Shown here piece by piece: positions 1-10,415 of a stretch of 64,000 bases of DNA. Source of the DNA: Laetmonice hystrix (lineage: Eukaryota); NCBI GenBank assembly GCA_965235115.1, contig OZ249436.1, forward strand, positions 12,898,001 to 12,962,000, in the 5' to 3' direction. Position 1 is the stretch's first letter, and each line of letters starts with the position of its first letter. The notes beneath the pieces were generated by a model that saw only the letters and a program-made list of their open reading frames with translations, was not told the DNA's origin and did no database searches. A program made the position numbers and the translations under genes.

Positions 1-405
1 TCTGAACCCTTCTCTGTTTCGGTGCCTCTGGAAAGACACAGGCAACTATTAGAATTTCGACTCCCAACAGCTAATTTTGATACTTGACTAGATCGAACCT
101 ATATAACCAGGCAATCTCGAATTTACTGGAAGGTCTCTGCATGGCGTTTCACGAAGCTCTAATGCAGCCCCAATGCCGATTTAAAGGGGAACAGACGTAA
201 CTCTGCTGCCGGGATGCCCCAGACCAAATCTGCCCGTCCGCATACTGTACAAGCAGTGCTGGCATCCACTAGCAGACAGGGCCCGACACTTACTGCCCAC
301 TCCCGCCATAGCCTCCGGTACCCTTTTCCAGTTGTCAGACTGGATCAAATAATGACAGGTCAAGCACGTTAGCCTGGCTGCCAACTGAATATCGGCGTCT
401 CAATA

Positions 406-503
406 GGGCGAGCGAGTGGGTGTGCGGGGGTTAGTGATGAGGGTGGGGGATATAGTGGTAAGGGCGAGGGGCTAGAGATGAGGGCGGGGGCGGGGGACGA
501 GGG
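406..503 (+). other. G-rich tract with many GGG runs (potential G-quadruplex), in the intron upstream of the first visible SLC22 exon
   Basis: Runs such as gggcg..gtggg..ggggg..gggtggggg..gggcgagggg..gggcgggggcggggg. Structure is inferred only. Confidence 0.45.
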
Positions 504-976
504 CGTGCACTTCGGACATCCGCGGCATAGCGCCCCGCTCGCTCTTTCTGCGCTATTCATTCAGAACATGTCAATGATAGGCTGGTAGTCGTCATACTGG
601 TAATACACAGCCGTCCAATCTAAATGTTTCCATTAACGTTTATAAGCGCACGCTGGCGCCGTTAAAAGTTATATTATTATTTAACTATCTAGGCCTATTT
701 TGTATAGGGGTTAAAGTAACCTGTCTTTCCACCTGACAATAGACTTATTTTTGACGTTACCAGAATCCTCTATCCTTCCCAGCATTCCTGGATCCACCCC
801 TGCGTCATATTCCGCCTCGAACCTATTATCTGGGCATGAAGCAGTCGAACTTTCCATCTGACATGCAATACCCAATGAGACAAGAAATTAAGAGGCCAAT
901 AATGCGAGAGAAACAAATGCACGGAGCAAAATCCGTGACATTATGAGATAAACCCAATTGGTTTTGTTTTACACAG

Positions 977-1207
977 TGGGATCTAGTATGTGACCGGAGT
1001 TACTTAGTGGAGACGACACAGACAGTGATGGTGATCGGCGTCATGTTTGGGGCAATGACCTTCTCAGCGTTATCCGACAGGTTTGGCCGAAAACCCGTCT
1101 TTCTCTTCTCCGAGTGGGCTATGGTGGTTGTTGGCATTATCACGGCTTTCGTCAACAACTACTATCTGTTTGCAGCTCTAAGATTTTTAGCCGGCGCCTT
1201 GCAACAG
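977..1207 (+). CDS. SLC22 transporter exon ([10 protein letters not shown]...AGALQQ)
   Basis: Acceptor ttttacacag|, donor CAG|gttggt, 231 nt, phase 0-0. Confidence 0.93.
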
Positions 1208-4200
1208 GTTGGTAGGCCTTTATCAAAGGATCGCTCTTTCTGTGTCTGTCAGCACAACACAGATGTATAGATTTGATCGATCTGTTTTATCTTTTAAAAG
1301 CAGTAGGCCTATTATTCGTTTTGTCTCTTTTACATTTTGAGTTCTGGCATCTTCACCATTCTGTATTTGGTTATAGCAAGCAAGCAAACGATGTAAAGAA
1401 GCGATGTCATGAATTAACCGTGTGTATGTGTGTGAACCACAGGGCATCATCCTAACTGGCTTCGTCATGGCCTGCGAACTGTTCCCAGCTGACCTGCGAA
1501 CATTTGCCGGTATGGCCATCGAGAACTTCTGGGCCATCGGCATGTGTTTATTAGCACTACTTGCTTACCTCATCCGCCACTGGCGTTACCTCCAGCTTAC
1601 ATTGAGTATTCCTGCCGTGCTCACCATAGGCTTCTTTTGGTAGGTATGGCTCTAGTAATTAACACCTACCAATTCCTATGATGTAATCTTGAGTGAAACG
1701 TTTTATCACCAGGAAGGGAAGAATAGTCGGAATTTCAACCAGTGTACTAGTCCATCTGGGCATCGTAAACAATCTAAATTAGTTCTTGCATCTTGACAAA
1801 GTTAAGGTGGCCTATTCTAAATTCCTATCTGAATGTGTGAACTTATATCAAGACTGCCTTTGGAGGCAGACCAAACGTGTGAGGCTCTGTTTAAAGCAAT
1901 TCTTGGCCCCGACTAATTATGAGGTTGGTGTTAGGTTCCTACCGGAGTCTGTGCCATGGCTTGTGGTGAACGACAGGGTTGACCAGGCGGAGGAGGTGCT
2001 GCACAAGGCGGCCCGGTTCAATGGGATTACTCTTCCTGAACGAGTCCTCGACCACCCAGAGACAGAACACATAGTGAAGGTTAGAATCTGCCATCATACC
2101 GATAACCTTTTAATGTGGACATCATGTGTACACAATGGGGGGTGAGGTGATCCAGAATAAAATCTGCTAAGCTCAAACAAATCCTTTCTACATTTAAAAG
2201 GACAACACCGACACCAAGGAAAACACCCCTCGGCAAAAGTTCCTGTCCCGTTTCAAGTTAAAGAAAAAGAAGCCCGTAGAAGAGGATGATTCAAAAGCCG
2301 TCCGATACACATTACTGGATGTACTAAGAAATCCTAAGCTGCGATTGTATGCAATCATCATGTGCTGCCTTTGGTAAGTATATTGCAAACAAGTATGTAA
2401 AAGCTAGAGAGATTTGTTACCGAATGCTCCGTAGAATTAGGCGTTCCGACTGAATTAATATAATGAAAATGGAAATAATACACATATACATGATCTGGGA
2501 GCCATAAAATAAAATATTATGCGTTACATTTCCCTATGTGCACTTCAATACACCTATAAACCTGTATAAATTCTCGTCTCCATAAATGCCCTGACATATC
2601 AACCTCAATTCCCGACCCCCCATAAAAAAAGAGGAAATGTACACGAGTCCCAGCGGAGATAGAAATTGTCTGACCAAGAACTTTGAGTTGTATGGCTGAA
2701 GTGATAGGGGTTAGTGCATAATAAATGAGAGCACCAAGTGGTACACTATAGGCCTAAGCGCAAATCAAAGGTTTGGGATGTGGGTCATAGGGCGTTCAAC
2801 GTTAGCAGTCAAAGAGACATAGAAACAGAGGTCAACTCTATTTCCGGGCAGACCCCGTGTAATGATTATGGCGGCCCCGTGGAACATCATGGCGCTCGGC
2901 GGGTGCGATCACAATAACCAGAAAATGGTTCTGAGTCGACTATTAGGCAAATAACTTCCTCTCCGACGCACAGCTAAATGGTACCAATTTTAACGCTGTC
3001 GCCGTCATGAAATATTGCAAAAATGTTCGGGTGTTTCAACTAATAAAGTTATGCACTAAAACCTTCTTTTTTAGGTTCGTCAATAGCTTGGTGTATTATG
3101 GACTTTCTCTCAGTACCTCGGCCCTTGCTGGAGACCGATACCTCAACTTCTTCCTCAGTGGTCTAGTCGAAATCCCGGCCTACACGTCATGCATCTTCAT
3201 TCTACAAAAGTATGTCACCACCACACAGATTTACAACTGATTGTACACCATTGGTAAAGACAGGTTCTAATTGTTAATGTTTGTGGATTCCTGGGTTAAG
3301 CCTGTGGTTAAGTTTATGGTTAATCTGGTATGTATGTCAAACTTCCGTACGTGTGTTCAGGTGGGGTCGTCGCTGGCCGTTGGCGGTCTTCCATATTGTG
3401 GCTGGTCTGTCTCTTGGAGTGACTCTGTTCATTCCCCAAAGCACTGGTGAGGACGAGTCAAGACTAATTTTGTTCTGGGAACGCCATTCCTGATTGTCTT
3501 CTGTTATCAGGCATTGTCTCAATTGACGATAATCTTAGATTACTTCTGGTCTTGCCAGAGATTGTCAGCCTCTGTCTCTATGAACAAGAAGAGTAGGCAG
3601 TAGCAGTTCACGCATGTTTGCTTATAGTGTATAGAAGTTTGTCTCCCATGCTAAGCCACCGATGTAATGCCTCTCTTTTTTTTACTACAATTAGAAAACG
3701 GCACCTCTCTTGTTCCACTAATTATGGTCTTCAACATGATTGGGAAGTTTGGAATCACCGCCTCATTTGGAACAGTTTTCTTGTACGCTCCTGAGATATT
3801 CCCAACAACGCTGAGGTAAACTGTGGCCATCCCATACGGCAATGTTTTGTTCTCCTCTATTCCGCAGAACGTCTATGTGGTACACATAAAGACTAGTGGA
3901 TCACTTCGTCATTTTTAGGATACCGGGTGGTTTTCTGTAAATTGGATAACTGTATTCATGTAATAACGCTGCGCTATACGCCAGGGCTTGGTAATCATAG
4001 GCCTACAGAACTTTCCGAATGTCAATCCCTTCATAATTAGTATACCTCCCTGCCAATATATGAACTCTAATGGAGCATAAAGCTCAAAATGTATCTTGTT
4101 TAATCATTTAACAGGAACCAGGCTATGGGTATATCATCTCTAGGCGGACGGCTTGGAAACATGCTTGCGCCCTTCTCGTCGTTTGTGGTATGTGTAACTC

Positions 4201-4646
4201 TGAACCTCCTGTGTGGCAAGCTGACGCCAAGTTCCACATCTATACACTGACCATCAAGTATATCTCAGTGAAGTAAAAGTACATTGGCATTTGAAGCGAT
4301 TTTTGCCAGTTTCTAAACTAAACTTTGTACATCCCCCGTACCAATTGGAGAAAGGAAAACTATAAGCAAAGTGAGGGCGGCCATTGTATTTCTAATTTGA
4401 CATTTTTGTTCGTTGTACCATGTTTAGGCTCGGATTGTTCCTTGGCTGCCCGGTATCCTGTTCGGCGGGTCGTCCATTATCGTCGGTCTCTTGGTGTTCC
4501 TACTGCCAGAAACCCTCAACCGGCCGCTGCCCCAGACTATCGAGGACATCGAAAGCTGGTCCAAGAAACCGTCTCGGACAACAGCAAGCGATAAAGGAAA
4601 GCAAGAAATGTTAGAGTTGAACAATACTGGTAACCCGTCAGCATGA
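977..4646 (+). CDS. SLC22-family organic cation/anion/carnitine transporter (MFS), 5'-partial, 9 exons in window
   Basis: Spliced model join(977..1207,1443..1639,1935..2079,2201..2373,3075..3209,3361..3446,3695..3815,4115..4187,4428..4646) = 1380 nt, 459 aa + TGA. All introns are GT..AG and the phases match. SLC22 motifs: [45 protein letters not shown]1 and the large extracellular loop are absent, so they are presumably upstream of the window. Confidence 0.95.
1443..1639 (+). CDS. SLC22 transporter exon ([15 protein letters not shown]...IGFF)
   Basis: Acceptor ccacag|, donor TG|gtaggt, 197 nt, phase 0-2. Confidence 0.92.
1935..2079 (+). CDS. SLC22 transporter exon (FLPESVPWL...EHIVK)
   Basis: Acceptor tgttag|, donor AAG|gttaga, 145 nt, phase 2-0. 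Confidence 0.9.
2201..2373 (+). CDS. SLC22 transporter exon (Lys-rich cytoplasmic loop ...[22 protein letters not shown])
   Basis: Acceptor catttaaaag|, donor TG|gtaagt, 173 nt, phase 0-2. Not in the ORF track on +. Confidence 0.85.
3075..3209 (+). CDS. SLC22 transporter exon ([12 protein letters not shown]...FILQK)
   Basis: Acceptor tttttttag|, donor AA|gtatgt, 135 nt, phase 2-2. Confidence 0.93.
3361..3446 (+). CDS. SLC22 transporter exon ([11 protein letters not shown]...PQST)
   Basis: Acceptor gtgttcag|, donor G|gtgagg, 86 nt, phase 2-1. Confidence 0.9.
3695..3815 (+). CDS. SLC22 transporter exon (NGTSLVPL...GKFGITASF...EIFPTTLR)
   Basis: Acceptor tacaattag|, donor AG|gtaaac, 121 nt, phase 1-2. 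Confidence 0.92.
4115..4187 (+). CDS. SLC22 transporter exon ([24 protein letters not shown])
   Basis: Acceptor tttaacag|, donor GTG|gtatgt, 73 nt, phase 2-0. Confidence 0.92.
4428..4646 (+). CDS. SLC22 transporter terminal exon ([14 protein letters not shown]...[18 protein letters not shown]...PSA*)
   Basis: Acceptor tgtttag|, 219 nt ending in TGA at 4644-4646; LPET and LP-T-ED motifs. Confidence 0.92.
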   Translation, partial: ARIVPWLPGILFGGSSIIVGLLVFLLPETLNRPLPQTIEDIESWSKKPSRTTASDKGKQEMLELNNTGNPSA

Positions 4647-7600
4647 AGTGTGTCCTAGGATATAGACAATACAGTCAGCGTGTGTTTGTGCTGCAGCAGG
4701 AGCGGTTCCAGTATTAGATCTTCCCCGGTTCGCCACCGACCGTGTCACTGCGGGGAACGTCCGATCGCGTTACAGTAAGTATTTCTCACCGAGACTACAA
4801 TGAAACAAAACTGAGAGGTCGTAGAATTGACCGATCCGGTGCCCACTACACAGTGTGTAGGCCGACAGACGTCTACTCTGGACTTGTTTGGGCATTTACG
4901 GACTCTGGTAGACCTCTAGGTGGCAGTGCGAGTAAGCTTGGTCATAACGGACACCAACCTGGTGACAGTGGGCATTACCGACCAGTACGTTATCTTATCA
5001 GTTGCATACTAGAGACTCTAATACCACTATGAATCGATTGATGGCAACACCCACCTTTACTCATCTAATCATCTCTTCATTTCTTTGCGAAGGAAAACTG
5101 ACAGATCACATTTTGTTTGGATCATCATTAAAATGTAATCACGAATACACCCGCGAAGCTAATCAGGCTAACTAGCGGATCCAATGCCTCCACGGGTTAT
5201 TAAAAAAAGACGCCACGCCAGAACTATACCTGTGGTAGACAGGTATTTTAAATGAGTGTATATTCTAATTGTCACCTCGCCACGCATTCGCAGTAACATT
5301 GAACTGAATGAATACAATTACACGTTGATGAAATAATATTTTATTTAGCATATGGATAGTTAGTATATAAGGTCTGTATCAATATAGTAGGTGTTGTAGG
5401 TGAATGAAAAACAAGTGTTCTTATTGTTTGATTGATGTAGATAGAACATCGTGAGGGGGTGTCCACAGGAAAACTTGTGGCAGCAGGTCGTAGTTAACAT
5501 AGGTAGAGGATAGTGACTGCTATACATTATACATATTTAATTATATTTTGTATATAAAAAGTGATTTTGCAATGGAGGATATGGGTAATTCACAGCGACA
5601 AGGAAACATAAGAGGCTTGGTCACGGGCAAGCTGTTCAAAGTTATTATCAAACTAGAAACGTTGAAGTCGTTGAAACGTTGGCGATGTGAGCGGAGGCGA
5701 GAATGACAAGGATGAGGAAGAAACAATCAGCGCTAAGGATATGGCGCAGTCATTTCGTGACTAACCTTGATTCCTGAATTCTGTTCCGACTTCCTGGGAG
5801 TTGTTCGATGATTTACATTCAGACGTCCGTTACATATCCTACGTTTTACATTCAATGGAACTTAAACAACTCTTAAAGTAATTACAATTAACGATAGAAC
5901 TATATGTTTCACCAGTATATATAGGTGGCCACACACCAGTCATCATAAACTTCAGTATACGAGCACCACACAGTAACCGTCTTTAAACGGTGTAAAACAG
6001 TGAATTAACGTTTCTGTGGAGAGATAAGTCTTCTCAGGTGGTGTTTACATTCTTACCAGTGACAAAAAGATCAATTTACACCCAAACGTGTATGTTCATG
6101 TAAGCAAGATCATTGTATTGGCTGCCTCCTATGTAGGTTCGCATACACTATGGAATGACGCACAGTTTGTGCATTATTGCTAGTGGCTACATTTATACTG
6201 GCGTCCTGGATCCAAAAGAAGCCATTTACGAGGGGTTCTTAACTCAACCAGTGCCTTTAAACCAGTCGGCAAGTTTCACGCTGTCGTACGTAATCCTTTA
6301 CGTTTTTGATAGATGTGGATACATAGATATAATATTTTCTCTTCCACATGGGGCGTGCGCCTCAACCTTTCGTCGTGCGCGGTGTATATTGACGGATGAT
6401 GGCACGACAAACTTTTATACAATCTCTCGTTCAGTGTGTGGCACATCTTGATCTATCTACTATGCTACGCCACAGATCGTATGAAATATGTTGTGTCATT
6501 GGACATTTATCAAACTTGTATTGGCTTGATGAATACACACCGATTTTGAACTACACACTCAAATTAAATGAAGTTTCATATCCAATTTTGAACAAGAAAG
6601 TTAATAAATGTGTAAAGAGCTTCAAATCTAATATCAGAATGCCTGATCCGCTTATCTGTAAGAATGTGAGTGGCTCGATATACATGTCGGCCTACCGGTC
6701 ATTAGTATAGCAAGGACAGACAGAATCGAGTTTGGAATACCTGGTATATAATTCTTTTGCAATTCCTTTACATCAGATTGTACCGTTATTGAAATTTCAA
6801 ATGAGTGTTTTTCCATTTGTTAATGTTTTGGATTCTTCTTTAAACAACTGAAATTTAGAAAGTTTGTCAATTTAAGCCTGTTTGTGATTCCTATGTTACT
6901 AAAAAAATGATTGAATGTTGCAATGGCCGGTGTTTGGGTCGTAAATAATGCATTTTTGTTTATATGGGACAGCGCGCTGACTGTCGCCTGACGTGATCAG
7001 TCAGTGAAGAGTGGGATCAAATTGTCAGGACTGACAGGTCTTCATGTCCTCTTTACTTATGAACAACACAAGTTTTACGTGGACACAATGGTGTAGGTAT
7101 AGCTCGAGGTTTCGCAGCACTTTAAAAGCGCCCCATGTTAAATACATATTGTTACGGGCGTTACAATGTGGGGCTTCTTCCCGTAGCCAACATAATATAG
7201 AAGTTTGTACGATGTGTGACTATGTATAAATGTTATGTATCAATGAATGACAGACATACTGACAGCGCAAATAGTCTGGCTATTCACAGAGATGTCAAAG
7301 TTACCGTTGTATAAATGATATGTCCACAGCAGAACACTTTTGAGTAAATAAATTGTTTCCTTCATTGAGAACGCAAAGACAGCGTGTTTCTTTGTTAACC
7401 TTATAGATAACAGATACCTTTGGACCTCTCTCGAGTGGTAACGACTATGGCTGTTGCTTTTATGCTTATTCTAGGGTACTATTGATTGATCAATAGGAAT
7501 CGTTTAAGATGAGTTTCTTCATTTACTCGATTAAATTGTGACTTGAAAGTAACGCTTCAACATGCTTCTACGCCCATTTTGAAATAGAGTAACTAAAATT

Positions 7601-8071
7601 AAAACAAATAACCAGGCAACATGATTGCGTACACAATCATTTGCTTCTGAAGCCTATAGATATCTAATTCTAAGATTTGTGGCTATCGAGGTCTCGTTCT
7701 TAAAGGCCATAGAAAAGTTCAAACTATCAATATAAGGGTGTTCAGCATGAACAAGCTTGTTCCTACCTACAATCCTGTGATGGTCTGATCTTTAATAAAG
7801 GAATAATCAACTGAAATGTAGCTAGGCATTCTCCCGCTGACTTCGTCTACTTGTCTGCCCTACTTGTCCACGAATTGTTATGTGGCCGCCAGTCGGAACG
7901 AACCACGCAGATTCCCAGCCAGGGTGCCGCTATTCCCGTCCCACTGCGATTTCACTTTTACCAGAAACATGCCCATGATGGCGGCAGATTCATTGACGAT
8001 TTCAGGGAGGGTTGCAAACCATAGCCGCACACAAACTCTGTATTTGTTAACATGCCCCAATAAGGGTGTGA

Positions 8072-8085
8072 AGAGAGAGAGAGAG
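8072..8085 (+). repeat. (AG)7 microsatellite
   Basis: agagagagagagag read directly. Confidence 0.7.
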
Positions 8086-8659
8086 AAAAAGGTGTCTGCT
8101 GTCACCGGTAAGAGTACACAGTCAGTAGTGCAGTCGTAGTGAGTGAGTGAGTGTCCGATGAAGCCAGTGGCGGCGTAGCGTGTGAAAATAGCGAATGACC
8201 CAGACAATATTTTTAAAAGTCGCCTTAGACAGTGATCCATTTATCGGCGCGACCTTAGACACTTCACATGGTGTTACTGGTACGTTAATGAGGAATTTTA
8301 CCTGCCTCTTTAAGTGCTTCTGATTTCTGTAGAATAATGTGAACTCTCCTCTAAATTGGTCCCCTAGTCCATCTGTATCAAAATACGTCAAATCGTCAAC
8401 ATTTGTTAATTACTGCTAAACGGTCTGCATCTTAATCTGTCTCCGCATCTGACCATCTCCCGTACAAACGTCTTTATGCAACGGGCCTGAACTCTCCAAA
8501 CAGTTATAGGACACATTTAATTTGGCCTTGAGCAACTCACGGAAGGGTCAGGGTAAACATCTTTCTCTCAACAGGGACCCATTAAATGGTCTTATTATAT
8601 GCGCATTCTATCTGCCAGTGTCATTCTGGGGGTGCCATACGGTTGTTCGTATAAAGTGA

Positions 8660-8835
8660 GGCCCGATTTAGCAGGAGTCAGAGAAAGAAAGAGAAAGGGG
8701 GAGGGGGAGGGAGGGGGAGGGAGGGAGAGAGAGAGGGAAGGGGGCGTCACATACAGGGCCAATCTCCTATAATGCAGAGGGGCTCGCTCCACTACCCCTC
8801 TGCCACACATGACTTTTTACGGGCAAAATCGGGCC
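8660..8835. repeat. Small inverted-repeat element (possible MITE remnant) enclosing a purine/G tract and a 9-bp hairpin
   Basis: ggcccgatttagc (8660-8672) vs gcaaaatcgggcc (8823-8835), 12/13 complementary. Internal GCAGAGGGG..CCCCTCTGC stem at 8774-8803. GA/G-rich tract at ~8678-8745. Confidence 0.35.
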
Positions 8836-9147
8836 CCTACGCGTTGAACCCCGTTTTTGCACAGTCGGCCGTCCTCTGTATGGTATCTGTAAAATTTAAT
8901 GTACATCTAAATCCCCAAACCGAGATTATACTAAGTGACATTCACCCTACAAGAGAAATACCTGATGAAATATTAGAAACTACATTTGAGGAGGGAAATC
9001 AGCTATAGTCGCAAGTTGGTCAATTTCGGGATGATTCGGACTACGTCGGGTGTTTACCACTAGGTAGGCATATTGGTCCAAAATAGCGGCTGCAGATGAT
9101 TTCTCCGAAGATTTGGATGTTTGTCATTCGGGACTCCCTCGGGCATA

Positions 9148-9162
9148 TGACGTCACTTCCTG
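9148..9162 (-). promoter_or_regulatory. Composite ETS-CRE-like motif (CAGGAAGTGACGTCA on the minus strand)
   Basis: TGACGTCACTTCCTG is a palindromic CRE overlapping a GGAA ETS core. YY1-like GGCCATGT and ATGGCCGC motifs lie nearby (~9193, ~9428). Function is not demonstrated. Confidence 0.35.
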
Positions 9163-10415
9163 CTATTCGAATATACCCTCGGGTGGATTAGCGGCCATGT
9201 TTGGCAACCGGATACATGGCCAAATGGAGGTGTGTAGCGAGGCACTGAGTGAACCGTCATATCTCGAGCCAGGAAGTAGTGCATTATTGACACATGCTCC
9301 TTCGGCGTTGTATGTGCAAATATAAATTTCTGGTATGAAGGGGAACGTTTGAAGAAGAAAAATGAATCACCTAATTTACCTAAATAAGCGTCAATACGGT
9401 AAATATTATCAAATTATGGGAAGCAATATGGCCGCGCCCATGAATGACACATGCACGACACATGGTAGGACTACTTGTAATTCAAGTTGTATCATGAACA
9501 TGATACTATCGTAATGTTGCCCACTGACTTCGGGGGAAAGCACTGTAGGCCTATTTTAGTTGCTTCCATGCCTGATGCAGACAAAATACTGCAAGCACTA
9601 CCATAGTGCTTGTCCTCACAGTATACGGTTTGGCATCACTGTACTGTTCGGCCTCACTGTAGTGTTTGCTTGGGTACTAGGCAAGGCAGTGCCTTGTAGG
9701 GATTCGTCACTGTACTGTTTGGCCTCCCTGTACTCTTGGGCCTCACTGTACTGTTTGCTTCTATACAACAGTCGCCAGTAATATAGGGACGCCTCATGTT
9801 TCATGTTTCCATGCCTTTATTGTCCAAGAGGCAGGCCATCCGTTTCGTCCATCATTTACTCCCATGTAATCTGTGTCCCCTACTGACCACCTGTAAGCGT
9901 CCGACAACGTTGTATGGTAGACCCAGTGGATGTTTGCCGTAAAGACTTAATTAACAAAGGCAAATGACGTTGTTCCTTTCTATATCAGATATCCCATCCC
10001 AAGTAGAAACAGATGGCAGAGATGTTGCAAGCAAACACCATGGTGCGGTACTGAAGGGTCCGACTGCACTGCCACCTTCCGGCTACCGATGTAATCACCA
10101 CCTTAGACCTGGCTGGGCTGGCAGGCACGTATGGCGCTTAGGGGAGAGACAGGTTTATGCAATGATAAGCGAAAAATGGCTTCATTTTTGATACGTCAAA
10201 TTGAAATTACGGCTTAAAATTATGATTGTTAGGCCAGATGTATAACTGTCAACCGTATAGATCTTGTACGTTCGCTATATGATATGTCTACTTCCCATTT
10301 GAGTATCTTCTCCAAATTTTAGCATTAGATACCCTCGCCTATACCTTTCTTTTCCACTACCTCACTGAACTGTTTGCATGGGTAGTAGGCCAGCCTATCA
10401 GATGTAGGAACCTCT

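Noticed and set aside
155..285. Twister ribozyme (TAATGCAGC ... GTACAAGC ... GCAGA)
   Set aside because: Loop length, pseudoknot partners and closing stems do not fit the consensus.
181..560. Minus-strand ORFs 181-384 and 369-560
   Set aside because: They are short with no homology, and the Pro/Ser-rich one is just the translation of the G-rich tract.
806..873. tRNA or tRNA-derived SINE head on the minus strand (TGTCAGATGG ... GGTTCGAGGC)
   Set aside because: The A/B-box resemblance is weak and no cloverleaf can be formed.
5340..5726. Minus-strand terminal exon(s) with AATAAA at ~5340
   Set aside because: The acceptor is poor, the peptide is short and unrecognisable, and there is no coherent upstream exon chain.
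7878..8240. 120-aa minus-strand ORF / 76-nt candidate exon at 7962-8037
   Set aside because: It has no recognisable homology, includes microsatellite-derived sequence, and no partner exons were found.
9836..9860. Hammerhead ribozyme in the satellite (minus strand GGACGAAAC)
   Set aside because: There is no CUGANGA core on that strand and no stem II partner.
9990..10142. 5S rRNA gene on the minus strand (GCCATAC, CGGAAG, GTCGG, AGTAC and TACTTGGGATGGGA islands in 5S order)
   Set aside because: It needs two large insertions, lacks the 5S 3' end and terminal helix, and the short islands are compatible with chance. An Infernal RF00001 scan would settle any remote derivation.
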